Below, in pieces: positions 1 through 11,898 of a stretch of DNA of 64,000 nucleotides. The notes beneath the pieces are model-generated. The model did not search any database, was not told the origin of the DNA, and saw nothing but the letters and a program-made list of their open reading frames with translations. How positions within the stretch are numbered: position 1 is the stretch's first letter; each line of letters opens with the position of its first letter. Source of the stretch: an uncultured Chloroflexia bacterium (GTDB taxonomy: Bacteria; Chloroflexota; Limnocylindria; Limnocylindrales; CSP1-4); contig CAVUFD010000002.1 of assembly GCA_963740825.1 (NCBI GenBank), positions 4,267 through 68,266 on the forward strand, read 5' to 3'. The position numbers and the translations under genes were made by a program.

Positions 1-285
1 CGGATCGACCAGTAGACGCTCCCCGGCAGATGGCCAAGAGCGGCACCCCGCATGCGGGAGAAGAACCCGGCGCGCTTCGAGTTTGGTGTCAACGTCATCC
101 CTCGGCACCTCAACGGCGGCCATGCTACGTGATCGCCACGCCCCGACCATTGGTACGAATTCGGCGGACAGCGACGACCAACGTCTCACGCCGAGGCTGA
201 ACTTGGCACGAGGGATCTCCGGTCGCGCTCCTCAGCGTACGAGCGATCGGCGCACGGCTCGGATCGTCGGCGGCCTCCTCATGCC

Positions 286-1374
286 CTAGCGCCGATGTGC
301 ATGCACCTGGATGCTGGCGCCAGTGCCCAACGGTCCCGCAAGGAGCGACCACGCCACCGCAGCCGGGCTGAGGAGCAGGGCGAGCGCCGCGGAGGCGCCG
401 ATCCTGGGCCCAAATCCGACGCTTGGGTCGCGCTTGATGAAGCTGTACAGCTCATCTTGGCCAAAGCCTGAACGGCTGAGTGCGGTCTGCACCAAGCCGA
501 GCACCTCCATCTCTGGATAGAAGGAGTCGATGTGGTCGACTGCGAGGCCTCGGGATTCGAGCAGCGCAACCAGCGATCGCGGCGTGAACTGGAAGAAGTG
601 CCTCGGCAGGTCGAGGTGAAACCACGCATCACCTCCGAGGCGAGCCTGGAGACTCCTTGAATTTGGGACGGAGACCACCAGGCGACCTCCCGGACGAAGC
701 TGTTCACGTGCGCGCTCAATAGCGGCGCCGGGATCCGGAAAGTGCTCGAGCGTATGCCAAATCGTGATGGCGTCATAGCCTCGCTCAAGCGGGGTGGTGA
801 GGTAATCCCCGACCACGACTCTCAGGCCGTACGCGTTTCGGGCAAAGGATGCGGCCGCCTCTGAGAACTCAACGCCAGTCACGTGCCAGCCGGCGTCCCG
901 CGCAGCCGAGAGGAACCGCCCTTTGCCACAGCCGACATCGAGAAGGCGCCCTGGCGTGATCCCGGAGAGCGCCCGAAGCCTGACTGTGTTGTTGATCGTG
1001 TGGAGAATGGCGGCGGCCGACCGACCACGTGCTGCGCCAGAGTAGAAGCCCGTGGCGTATAGCCGGGCGAGGTCATCGCCCTCGGGAGGATCAATCAGCC
1101 ACCGTAGGCCGCATCGACCACACTTGGCGTGTGGGTAGCCGCGAACCAACGCGCGAGACAGCGTGTTGGCCCGACAGGCCGGACATGTCTCTCCACCTGT
1201 AGCCACGAACCGAACGGACCTCTCGTAGTCTGGTTGAGATGCTGGCACGCTGGCCGTATATCGGAATCGCCTTCCTTGTTCATTGTGCCGAATTGCAGGT
1301 TCGGACGCGGCGAACGTGGGCCATACCGATCGCGACCCGAGGGCGGAATCAGTGAGGATCGCGATCGTCGGCAC
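286..1374 (-). CDS. class I SAM-dependent methyltransferase with N-terminal Cys4 zinc ribbon
   Basis: 362-aa ORF. SAM-binding motif LLDVGCGKGRF, and CPACR...CGRCG ribbon at the N-terminus. The real start may be an internal GTG. Confidence 0.6.
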   Translation of the reverse strand: MPTIAILTDSALGSRSVWPTFAASEPAIRHNEQGRRFRYTASVPASQPDYERSVRFVATGGETCPACRANTLSRALVRGYPHAKCGRCGLRWLIDPPEGDDLARLYATGFYSGAARGRSAAAILHTINNTVRLRALSGITPGRLLDVGCGKGRFLSAARDAGWHVTGVEFSEAAASFARNAYGLRVVVGDYLTTPLERGYDAITIWHTLEHFPDPGAAIERAREQLRPGGRLVVSVPNSRSLQARLGGDAWFHLDLPRHFFQFTPRSLVALLESRGLAVDHIDSFYPEMEVLGLVQTALSRSGFGQDELYSFIKRDPSVGFGPRIGASAALALLLSPAAVAWSLLAGPLGTGASIQVHAHRR

Positions 1375-2470
1375 CCGGGGGATCCCGGCCGCGTACGGAG
1401 GCTTCGAGACGCTCGCGTGGGAGCTGTCGACGCGGCTCGCCCAGCGCGGCCACGAGGTGACCGTCTACTGCCGCCGCGGGCGCACGGACGAGTCGATCCC
1501 CGTGCCGGCCGGCGTCAGGCGTCGGTTCCTGCCGTATCTGCCGGGCAAGTACCCGGAGACCGTGAGCCACACCGGCCTGCCGTCATCGACAGCCTGTTCC
1601 GCGGCTACGACGCCATGTGGGTCGGCAACGTCGCCAACGCGGTCTGCTGCGCGGTTCCGAGGTTGCGGGGCACAAGGTCGTGCTCAACGTCGACGGGATC
1701 GAGCGCCAGCGGGCGAAGTGGGGGCCGGTCGGCAGGGCGTGGTACGCGATCGGCGAACGGTTCGCGCTCGTCTACCCGAACGCGATCGTCTCCGACGCCG
1801 ACGTGATCCGCGACTACTACCTGGAGCGCTACGGCAAGCCGTCGACCGTCATCGCCTACGGTGCGCCGCTGCTGGACCGCGAGCCCGTGCCCGACCTCAC
1901 CCGTCACGGCATCGACCCGACATCGAGCCCGGACGCTTCCTGCTCTACGTGAGCAGGCTCGAGCCCGAGAACCAGGCCGACCTCGTGATCCGCGCCTATC
2001 GCGAGGTCACGGGCGACATCCCGCTGCTCATCGTCGGCGACGCGCCGTACGCCGAGACCTTCAAGGCCGGCCTGCGCGAGCTGGCGGCAGGCGACCCCCG
2101 CGTCCGCCTGACCGGCGCGATCTACGGCGACGGGTATCGCGACCTCCAGCGCTCGGCGCTCGCGTACATCCAGGCCACGTCGGTGGGCGGCACGCACCCG
2201 GCGCTCGTCGAGGCGATGGCCGCCGGCAACCTCGTGCTCGCCTTCGGGACGCCCGAGAACCGCGAGGTGGTCGCCGGGACCGGCCTCGTGTTCGCCACGG
2301 AGGGCGAGCTCACGAACTTGCTCCAGGGCGTCGTCGATGCGCCCGACTCGCCGCTGTACGACGCGTTCCGCTCGTCGGCACGCAAGCGCGCGGCAGTCAA
2401 CTACTCGTGGGACGCGGTGACGGACGCCTACCTCGCGCTGTGGACGTCGCTCGGCGCCGGGTCCGCGTGA
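1352..2470 (+). pseudogene. glycosyltransferase family 4 (GT-B), interrupted by about 3 frameshifts
   Basis: GTG start. The GT4 blocks (VRIAIVGTRGIPAAYGGFETLAWELS; AVIDSLFRGYDAMWVGNVANA; KVVLNVDGIERQRAKW; EPGRFLLYVSRLEPEN...EAMAAGNLVLA) sit in three different frames, switching near 1572, 1672 and 1925. Confidence 0.6.
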
Positions 2471-2480
2471 CGGCGGCACG

Positions 2481-4791
2481 GTGACGGCCGCACCGACCCG
2501 CTCGACGTCGATCGTCGGGCCCCTGCTCATCGTCGGCACCGCGTACCTCGTCTTCTTCGCCGGCGCCTACTTCGGCATCTATGACGTCCGGGTCCGGATC
2601 TCGAGCCTCGTCATCGTCGGCGTCGTCCTCGCCCTGTACCTCGTCGCCGCCTGGCGGTCGCCGAGCTGGTTCCCGGCGTCGCGGCTCTGGCCGGCGCTCG
2701 CGATCGGGGTCGGTGTCCTCGCGATCGACACGGTGTTCTCGCGCAACCCGCGGATCTCGCTCGACTTCCTCGCGTACGGCGTCCTGCTGGCCGCGCTGTA
2801 CCTGTTGCTCCGCTCGATCCTCGTCCACCCCGAGCTCCGGGTCCGCCTCGGAGCCGCAATGGTGATCCTCGCGTTCGTCCTGGACGTTGCCTACCTCGCG
2901 GTCGTCGTCTCCGACTGGCGCGAGTACTGGCAGGTGCTCGGCCGGTTCTCGATCCCGCCGCTGCGCCCGTTCTTCGAAGGCCTCACCTACGGCAACCCGG
3001 GGCTCGTGGCGGCGATGGCGGTGCTCGTCTCGGTCTCGGCGAGCGCGCAGCTCGGCGGCGCGACCCGTCGGTCACAGGCCGCGATCGCCGTCCTGTGGGC
3101 GCTCACGACGACCGTCGTGATCGTGTCGGGGACACGCGGTGCCTGGTTGGCGCTCGCGTTGACGGGAGTGGTCGCGCTGGCCATGTGGATCGCCGGTGGC
3201 CGGGCGCGGACGCGACTCGGTGCGCTCGTCGGGACGACGCCCGGGCGGGTCGCGCTCGCAGGCATCGCGATCGTGGGCGTCGCCGGGATCATCGTCTTCG
3301 GGCCTACCGTCGCCGATCGCGTCCTGTTCGGCAACGACGGTGGGCGGATCTCGTACTGGACGGCCGCCTTGCGCATGTTCAGCGACGCGCCGATCACCGG
3401 CGTGGGGCCGGGCATGTGGGCGCCGCAGCGGATCCTGCACACGGCCGAGGGCGAGATCGACTTCTACATCCCCCATGCCCACAACGTGTATCTCCAGACC
3501 GCCGCCGACAGCGGGCTGGTCGGGATCGTCGCCGGCGTGGTCGTGTTCCTCCTGGTGGCGCGCCTCGTGTGGGCGTCGCTCCGGTCCGGCGACCCGGCCG
3601 TCCGGCGCTGGGCCGTGGCCGGGGTGCTGGCCGCCGTCTACTTCGGCGCGCACCAGCTGTTCGACGTGTTCGTGAACATGCCCGCCGCGATCTTCGCGTT
3701 CGCCTTTCCGATCGCCTGGCTCGATGCGGCCGGGGCCGGCGAAGCCTCACCTGCCCGGTGGCCGGCCGCGCTCGGCTCGCGGCGCGCCGTCCTCGCGGCG
3801 GGCGCGCTGGCCGTCGTCGTGGCCATGGGCTGGAGCCTGGCGAGCGAGCGGTCCGCCCTGCAGCTCGACGCCGCCAAGAGCGCCCTCGACGCGGGCGACG
3901 CCGCCCGGGCCGTCGCGCTGGCCGATGACGCGCTCGCCGTCGACCAGTCGATCCCGCCCAACCAGCTGGTCCTCGCGCTGGCGGCCGCCCAGGCGGGCGA
4001 CATCGCCACCGTCGGCCCGGCGCTGGAGGCCGTCGTCGGCGCGGACGGCCTCCCGGCCGCCTGGATCGACCTGGCGTGGCTCCGTGCCGGGGCCGGCGAC
4101 GCGGCGGGCGCCCAGGCCGCCATCGGCGAAGGCCTGCGACTCGGACGCCAGCAGGCGGCCCTCACGCTGGCCGCCGGCGGGGTGTTCGAGCGCCTCGGGG
4201 ATCCGGCGTCGGCGGACCACTGGTACGCGACCGCGATCGCGCAGCTGCCCAGGCTGGCCGCCGACCCCTACTGGCGGGACCCGGCCCGCAAGGACCGATG
4301 GGGCGGGCATCGAAGCCGAGACCGCGGACCGGCTGGCCCCGGAGGAGCGCGTGGACCTGTATCTCTCGGCGGGGGAGCCGGAGCTTGCCAACGAAGCCCT
4401 CGTGGACGTGACCGATCCCGCCGACGAGGCGATGCTGCGGCTGGTGATCGACGCTTGGGGTGGGGACCCGGACGCCCGAGCGACGCTCGACGCCCAGGCG
4501 ATCGCCTCGCCGCGCGATCTCGCCTTGCTGGCCTGGGGTTCGCGGGTGGCCGATCGCGCGGGCGATCCCGACACGGCCGTCCAGTACCGGTTCCTCGCGG
4601 ACATGCAGACCCCGAGCGCCGGTGACGAGGGCAGGGAGGTCGCCGTGGTCACGCGAGGTCCGCCCGCCGCAGGGCATCGCCGGGGCCGTGTGGGCGCCGT
4701 ATGGGATCTACACGTACCGCCGGCCGACGCCCAACGCCCTGCTGCTCAGCGGGATGCCGCAGATCGTCTGCGGGCGCGACTAGGCGCGTGA
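2481..4791 (+). CDS. O-antigen ligase (Wzy_C / PglL-PilO-like) family polytopic membrane protein with C-terminal TPR-like repeats; one frameshift near 4300, 3' end uncertain
   Basis: Many TM helices, followed by the Wzy_C signature GTRGAWLALALTG ... HAHNVYLQTAADSGLVG and an Ala-rich TPR-like tail. The reading frame changes about 4300 (DPARKDRW | AGIEAETADRLAPEERVDLYLSAG). Confidence 0.55.
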
Positions 4792-6368
4792 AGGTCGGGA
4801 GGTCGGGCTCGCGGCCGGCGCGGCGGCGCGCGTGCCGCGAGACCGCCCAGGACGCCGGTCCACGCAGGAACGCGACGAGCACCGCGGGGTTCGCCACGAG
4901 CGCGGCACGCGCGTCGCGCGCGGGGCGACCGCGAGCGCGGGCCGCACGACGACGAGCAGGATCGACACCTGGTACATGAGCGTGAACGGCGCGACGAGCA
5001 GCGCCGCCAGCATCGCGGCCACGAACCCGCGCCGCTCGTCGGCGAGGATCGCCCAGACCGCCGCCACCACGGCCAACGCTGACAGCCCGACGATCAGCGG
5101 CGTCGATTCGAGGACCGTCAGCGAGAGGTTGCCGGACCGCGTGATCTGCCCGGTCGCGATCAGCGCGTCGATCCAGGCGCGATACAGGTCGACGCCCAGC
5201 AGCGCCACGCCGATCAGGGTGCGCGAGGCCGGCGAGGATCGTGCCCGCGAGGGCCCGGCGGCGCCGGACAAGCATCCACAGCAGCACGAGGCCGAGGACC
5301 GGCTTGGGCGTGAGCGCGAGCATGATCCCGAGCGGGATCCCGCGAGCCGCGCCGTCGCGGTCGCGCACGAGGAACACCGACGCCGCGAGCAGCATCGTGA
5401 CCTGCCCCACGACCAGCTCGTACACGACGGGGATGAAGCCCAGCGCGGCGATGGCGATGAGGACGCGGTCGATGGGGTCGAGGTGCCTGGTCTCGATGAC
5501 GAGGCCGGCCAGCAGCAGGACGAGGCCGATGCCCGACATCACCGCGGCGGCGGCGGGGAACGGCAGCCAGGTCAACGGGAGCGCGATCACGCCCGCGAGC
5601 GGGGCGTAGAGGAAGTCGGTGGCGATGACGCCCTTCGCGATGCCTTCGGCGCCGCGTCGGAAGATGTCGACGTCGCCCCCGAACGTCAGGGGCGCGAGGA
5701 TCGCCAGCGCGACGATGCCCATGATCCCGTTCAGCACGGCCAGGGCAAACAGATAGGGCCGGCCGCCGAGTGCCCGGTCCACGGTCGAGACGATCGCGAC
5801 GGCGATGCCGGCGCCCACCTGCGTCCGGCTCGAGGCTCCCGGCAGCGCCGCGAGCAGCAGCCCCATAGGCCAGCGGGTACCACGCGTCGAGGTTGCCGAA
5901 CAGCACCGCGATCGCGAACGGCAGCACCAGCGGCGCGACGGCGATCGCCCGGACCGCCATCGGGAAGCGCCGGATGGCCGGCGCCGACCGCCAGGCGGGC
6001 CGCGACCCAGCGCGAACCCGAGCGTCGCGCCGACGCCCCACAGCACCAGCACGACGCCGTTCGGGCAGCCACGACGACCAGCGTCATCGCCTGGGCGACG
6101 GGCGGCGGGTACGAGTAGAACAGCTCGACGGCGTCGGGCGAGGCGCCCGGCGAGCATCGCCGGGTCGTACGGGGTCTCGCCTGCGAGCACGCGCCGCGCG
6201 CCCTCGAGCAGCAGGGCCAGGTCGAAGCCGGCCTTCGGCGGGCTCGCTCTGCCACAGCGTCCAGCCGATCCAGGCGACGCCCAGCCAGACCACGAGGCCG
6301 GCCACGACCCACGGCCCGAGGCTGTCGGCGCGGAGCCGGCGATCGGTGGTGCGCGTGCCATCCGCCAC
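4780..6368 (-). pseudogene. DUF2029 / GT87-family polytopic membrane glycosyltransferase (copy A), at least 4 frame disruptions
   Basis: Membrane-protein segments are spread over three minus-strand frames: MADGTRTTDRRLRADSLGPWVVAGLVVWLGVAWIGW; GFDLALLLEGARRVLAGETPYDPAMLAG; PMGLLLAALPGASSR...IPLGIMLALTPKPVLGLVLLWML; LIGVALLGVDLYRAWIDALIATGQI... Confidence 0.5.
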
Positions 6369-6378
6369 GGCACCCAGC

Positions 6379-7276
6379 CTAGCGATCGGCCGGCACCCCG
6401 GGCCGAGCGGCGACGGCCGGGGCGGTCGCTTCGTGCCGTGGGCCGCCGAACGCCGCCAGCAGCGTCAGCAGCTGGTAGACGAGGAGCCGGGGATAGGCGA
6501 ACACCGACAGCACGACCGCGAGTGGCCAGCCGTACCGGGTCGGGGCGTAGCGCAAGCGCCAGGAACGCCAGCACGACGACGGTGGCGAGCCACAGGGCCG
6601 GGTGGATGGCGAACGGCGAGATGTTGCGGAACGCGAACGCGCCGTTGAGCCACTCGAGGCGGACGTACGCGATGCGTCGCCGCCGGCTCCAGCACGAGCT
6701 GGACCAGGCCGAGCGCGAGCAGCCACGCCACGAGGTGCAGCAGCGGGCGAAGCTCCCGCCGACCGATCCAGTAGACCGCGACCAGCACGGGCAGGAGCTT
6801 GAGGCTGCCGGCGACCGCGACGCTGGCGGGCGTGCCGAGCGGTCAGCATCAGCATCACGACCAGCTCGGCCTGGCCGACGCTGAACGCCCACAGGATCGG
6901 GAGCGCGAGGCAGCCGATGGCGATCAGCACCGGCTCGCGGAGGCCGATCCGCCGGACGGTCAGCACGAACGCTGCCGTGATCACCACCTGCCAGATCGCC
7001 GCGGCGACCGGGAACGGCAGCAGGGCGAGCGGGCGGAACAGGATGGCGAGCAGCGGCGGGTTGACGTACGGGCCGACGCCCTCGCGTCGTCGATGGGACG
7101 TACAGGGGCAGGCCCTCGTTCAGGCGGGTGCCGGCGTCGTAGTACAGGCGGGTGTCCGCGAACGGGTCGGTGGTGAGGTGGAGCACCATCGCCTGCAGGC
7201 CGATGGCCAGCCCGAACAGCGCGACGACGATGGCGAAGTAGCGCAGCAGGCGGCGGCCGCCCGGCGACAGCGGCAT
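6379..7276 (-). pseudogene. DUF2029 / GT87-family membrane glycosyltransferase (copy B), at least 3 frame disruptions
   Basis: N-terminus MPLSPGGRRLLRYFAIVVALFGLAIGLQAMVLHLTTDPFADTRLYYDAG. Later TM-like blocks (IAYVRLEWLNGAFAFRNISPFAIHPALWLATVVVLAF; LVAVYWIGRRELRPLLHLVAWLLALG; MVITAAFVLTVRRIGLREPVLIAIGCLALPILW) lie in other frames. Confidence 0.45.
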
Positions 7277-7407
7277 CGATTCGGCGGTCAGCACCCGCGC
7301 ACGATACGCCGCGTCCGCGCCCCTGCGCGAGGCGACGGCAGGTGGGTCCGGGTAGCCAATTCGTACCCCCATGAATGGCCCGGGTCCGGTGCTAGGCTGC
7401 ACCGGCC

Positions 7408-9046
7408 GTGCGGATCCCCGTGGCCCTGTACCTGCTCGCGCTCGTGGCCCGGCTCGCCGTCGCGGCCCTGTTCCCCGACCCCGCGTACCCCGATTCCTTC
7501 TACTACGTGGACGTCGCGCGCCAGCTCGCCGCGGGGCACGGATTCAACGTCGACTTCATCTGGATCTTCCCCGAGGTCGGCGGTGCGATCCCCGCCAATC
7601 CCATCCTGCCGATCCCGTCCAACGCGCACTGGATGCCGCTCGCCTCGATCGTCCAGGTGCCGTTCATCTGGCTGCTCGGCCCGACGGCGATGGCGTCGGC
7701 CCTGCCGTTCGCGTTCATCGGGGCGCTGGCCGCGCCGCTCGCGTGGGCGATCGGGCGGGACGCCGGCGCGCCGCGGTTCGTCTCGATCGGCGCCGGGATC
7801 CTGACCGCCTTCCCGGCGCTGTCGTTCGTGTACATGGCCCAGCCGGACAACTTCTCGCTGTACCAGCCGCTGGTCGCCGGGCTCGCTGTGGCTGGCCGGA
7901 CGCGGTCTGCGTGGCCACCCGCGCGACTTCGTCCTCGCCGGGCTCCTCGCCGGCGTCGCGACGCTGTCGCGCAACGACGGCGTGCTCGTGCTGGCCGTCA
8001 TCGTCGCGACCGTGCTGTGGGACCGGGTCCGTGCCCGCTGGGCGTCCGGCGGGAAGCCGGCCCGGCCGCCCCGGATCCCCCTCGCCGCGGCCGCCGGCTC
8101 GGTGGGCCTGTTCGTGCTCGCGGTCGTCCCCTGGTACGCGCGCCAGCTGGCGGTGTTCGGCCAGCTCTCGCCATCGACCTCGTCGGGCCGCGTGCTGTTC
8201 ATCCGCGACATCAGCGAGTGGAACAGCATCACGATCCCGGCCACGCTGGACCACCTCCTCGGGATGGGCATCGGCCCGCTGCTGCTGACCCGGGTCGGTG
8301 GCCTGGTCGCCGCGGCGTTCATCTTCTCGATCCTGGTCGGCGTGCTCGTGTTCGTCCCGTTCATGGTCATCGGGGCGTGGCGCCGGCGGCGCGACGCGCT
8401 GTTCGGGCCGTTCCTGGGCTACGTCGTGCTGCTGTTCGCGTTCAGCGCGATCGTGTCGGCGGTCCACGTCCCGGGCGGGACGTTCATCCACTCGGCCGTC
8501 GCGCTGGCCCCGCAGGGGTACGTGCTCGCGCTCGAGGGGATCGTCGCCGGCGCGGCCTGGCTCGCGGCACGACGGCGGGGCTGGGACTCGACCTCGGCGG
8601 CACGCGTGTTCGTCGGCGGGGCCGTCGCGTTCGGCGTCCTCGCCGCGGTCGTGGGCGCGAGCGCGGTGCACCGGAGCTGGGACGCCAAGCGCCAGAACAT
8701 GCAGGCCGTCGCGACGGCGCTCGACGCCGCGGGCGCGCCCGCGACCGACCGCGTGATGTCCATCGACGCCTCCGGCTACCGCTACTGGACGGGTCATCCG
8801 GGCGTGGTGCTGGTCAACGACCCGCTCGACACCGTGGAGCGGGTCGCGCGCGCGTACGGGATCCGGTGGCTCGTCCTCGAGCCGAAGGACAGCGTCGAGG
8901 CGGTGCGCGAGATCCTGGTCGACGACCAGCGGCCGCCGTGGGTCGGCCCGCCGATCCTCGAGCGCGACGGCGTCTCGCTCTATCCCGTCTGCCTCGACGC
9001 CGGTGACACCCGGTGCGCCACCGCCCTCGCGGGCACCAGCCGATGA
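7408..9046 (+). CDS. GT-C fold ArnT/PMT-family (COG1807, GT39/83-like) membrane glycosyltransferase #1; one frameshift near 7880
   Basis: GTG start. N-terminus MRIPVALYLLALVARLAVAALFPDPAYPDSFYYVDVARQLAAGHGF..., many TM helices, and a soluble C-terminal domain (...GIRWLVLEPKDSVEAVREILVDDQRPPWVGPPILERDGVSLYPV). It is transcribed divergently from the DUF2029 genes. Confidence 0.6.
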
Positions 9047-10690
9047 GCCGGCGCGAGGCGTGGGTCACGGCCCTGGTCGTGTTCGCGGTCGCGATCGCCG
9101 TGCGCGTCGTCGCCGCATCGGTCATCACGTTCCCCAAGCCCGAGGACACGGCCTACTACGTCGGCGTCGCGCGGAACCTCGTCGAGGGCCGCGGCCTCGT
9201 GTCCGACGCCCTGTGGAGCTACGGCACGCCGCCGCTCGTGTTTCCGCGGCCGGCGTTCGAGGTCTGGCTGCCGCTGCCGTCGCTGCTCGCGGCCATCCCG
9301 ATGGCCTCTGGCGGGCGGGCCGCGCCCCATCCCGCTCGAGGCGGCGATGCGGGCGGGCCAGGTGGTCTCCGTCGTCGCCGGCGCGATCGTGGCCGTCCTC
9401 GCCTGGCGCCTCGCCGCCGACGTCGCGGCGGAGCGCGGCCTTCCCGTCGGCCGGGCGCGAACGCTCGCGGCCGGAGCCGGGCTCACCGCGGCGGTGTACC
9501 TGCCGCTCCTGCTCCACTCCTCGCTGCCCGACTCCACGATGCTGTTCGGCGCGCTGGTCCTCGGCGCCGCGCTGCTGATGACCCGCGTCCTGCGCGACCC
9601 GCGCGGCGGGCGAGCGCTGGATGCCCGGCTGCTCGGGATCGGCGTGCTCATCGGCCTCGCGGCCCTCACGCGCAACGAGGCCGTCTGGCTCGCGCTGACG
9701 TGGGCGTGGCTGGCCTGGCGCGCCAGAGGCGCGCCGCGTGGCGTGCGGATCCGCCTCATCGGCATCGTCGCGGTCGTGAGCCTGCTCGTGTTCGCGCCGT
9801 GGGCGATCCGCGACTGGGCCGTGTTCGGGAACCCGCTCCCGGGGCAGGCCGCGACCAACGCGCTGTCGCTGAGCGGGTTCGACATCTTCGCCTGGAACCA
9901 GCCGCCGACCCTCGCCCGCTACCTCGCCGCCGGACCCGGGGGCCTGCTCGAGATGCGCGTCACCGGCCTCGGCCACAACCTGTTCAACGTCCTGCTGTTC
10001 CTGGGCATCCCGGTGTCCCTCATCGGGCTGTCGCGTGCCCTGGCAGGGGCGCGACCGGGCCCTCCGACCAGTCCTGCTGCGTGGCCGTGCTGACGTTCCT
10101 CGCCACCAGCCTGCTGTTCCCGGTCGCGACGACGTGGGGCACGTTCCTGCACGCCTCGGCGCCGGTCGCGGTGCTGCTGATCGTGTCCGCGCTCGGCGCG
10201 CTCGACGCGGGCATCGCCGCGCTGGGGCGGCGACTGGGCTGGACGCGGCCCGTGGCGTGGCTCGGGCCCGCTGCTGGCGATCTTCGCGTCGGCGCTGTTC
10301 TCGGTCGCGCTCCTGCCAGGCTTCGGCGGCAGCGCGCGATGCCTACGGCTCGCACCTATCGGGTACTGGCCGAGCAGATGGCGTCCATCGGGGCCCCGCT
10401 CGACGGCAGCGCCCCCGTCATCCACGACTTCCCGATCTGGCTCGCCGAGACCGAGCGCGTCCCCACCCTCGCGCTGCCCGACGAGGCCCCGTCGGACGTC
10501 CTCGACCTCGCGACCCACTTCGGCGCCAAGTGGCTGATCGTCGCCAAGGCCGAGCACGGCCAGTGGCCGGCGGTCCTCGACGGGCCGGACCCCGACGCGT
10601 CCTGCTTCGAGGAGGTCCTGCTGCCGATCCCCGCCGACCCAGCGGACGCGGAGGCGATCGAGGGCATCCGCGTGTTCCGGATCGCGTGCG
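9043..10690 (+). pseudogene. GT-C ArnT/PMT-family membrane glycosyltransferase #2; at least 4 frameshifts; 3' end uncertain
   Basis: The ATG overlaps the stop of gene #1 (ATGA). N-terminus MSRREAWVTALVVFAVAIAVRVVAASVITFPKPEDTAYYVGVARNLVEGRGL. Later blocks (AGQVVSVVAGAIVAVLAW...; VAVLTFLATSLLFPVATTWGTF; LLAIFASALFSVALLPGFGG; KWLIVAKAEHGQWPAVL) are in shifting frames. No in-frame stop precedes the downstream kinase. Confidence 0.45.
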
Positions 10691-10763
10691 CGGGCGTTGC
10701 GACCACGAACGGGCGCGACCGCGTGGACGGCACGCACCGCGGCGCCGGCGAGGCCCTCGCCGT

Positions 10764-11898
10764 GATGGCCGCGGCCGATACACTCCGCGCGATGGATGCA
10801 CCCAGGGGGGAGCCCGCGGCGAGCCGCTACGACGAGCTCCACGCACAGGCCGCCGACGCCTTGGGCTTCGCCGCGAACACGCTGCGCGGCATCCGCGATC
10901 GCTACCGCCAGGCGTACATCGACGAGATGGCGCGCTGGGAGGACCTGGACCAGGACCTCGTGGGGCTCGAGCGAGCCGGCGGGCTCCTGACTGCAGAGGC
11001 CGACCTTGCCTCCGTCGCCCCCAGCGATGGCGCGGCCGTGGCCGCGGAGGCGGGCGCCGCCGACGCGCAGCTCCGCATGGCCCGCACCGATGCCGTGGAG
11101 TCGACCGACGCCCTCGGCCGCCACGAGGCCGAGCTGTCGCGCCTCGAGCTCGCCATCCGCAACCTCGAGACGACCTGGCTGTTCGTGGAGCGGGGCGACG
11201 CGTCGCTCGTCACCGACCAGGACATGCCCAGGCTGCCCAGCGAGCTGCAGATGCGGATCGTCGAGGCACAGGAGGGCGAGCGCGTCCGCCTCGCCCAGGA
11301 GATCCACGACGGACCGGCGCAGGCGCTGTCGAACGCGATCTTCCAGGTCGAGTTCATCGACCGGGTCTTCGACTCGGATCGCGACATGGCCCGGACCGAG
11401 CTGCGGTTCCTGCGCGAGCTGCTGCGGCGCGAGCTCGGCGACCTTCGCACCTTCATCGGCCAGCTGCGGCCGCCCGTGCTGGTCGAGCTCGGCCTCGATG
11501 GGTCGATCGCCGACACGGTCGCCAACCAGGCGGCGCTGTCGGGCCTGCGCATCACGACCCAGTTGGTGGCCCCCGCGGGCGACATCCCCGAGGCTACGCA
11601 AACCGTCGTACTTCGCGTCGTGCAGGAGGCCCTGCAGAATGTCCGCAAGCACGCGGGCGCGACGAACGTGGTGGTCGCCACGCTGCTGGACGGTGGAGAA
11701 TGGGTGTTGGAGGTCCGCGACGACGGTCGCGGGTTCGATACCGGAGCGGTCGCGGCGCGAGGTCGTCGCAACTTCGGGCTCCAGTTCATGCGCGAGCGGG
11801 CCGAGCTTGTCGGCGCACGCTTTGAAGTACGTTCGCGGCCAGAGGCGGGCACGGTCGTCCGGCTGGCGATTCCGATGACGCGAAAGGAGAGCGGATGA
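10764..11898 (+). CDS. cytoplasmic DegS-like sensor histidine kinase (coiled-coil N-terminus, HisKA_3, HATPase_c)
   Basis: No TM segment. H-box RVRLAQEIHDGPAQALSNAIFQ, N-box VVQEALQNVRKHAGA, G-boxes DDGRGFD and GRRNFGLQFMRERAELVG. The start at the ATG near 10764 is inferred. Confidence 0.65.

Noticed and set aside
1-285. Possible 5' end of a minus-strand gene leaving the window (MAAVEVPRDDVDTKLEARRVLL...)
   Set aside because: It is too short, has low GC3 and no recognisable motif, so it cannot be supported.
4649-7402. 917-aa minus-strand ORF and overlapping 428/359/251-aa plus-strand ORFs
   Set aside because: The ORFs are Arg/Pro/Ala-rich with no domain signal, in alternative frames of GC-rich DNA. 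The long minus-strand ORF is a chimera that stitches frameshifted pieces of two DUF2029 genes together with junk.
9013-11898. 961-aa ORF
   Set aside because: It is a concatenation of frameshifted GT-C#2 with the downstream histidine kinase because the stop is missing. It is annotated as two genes.
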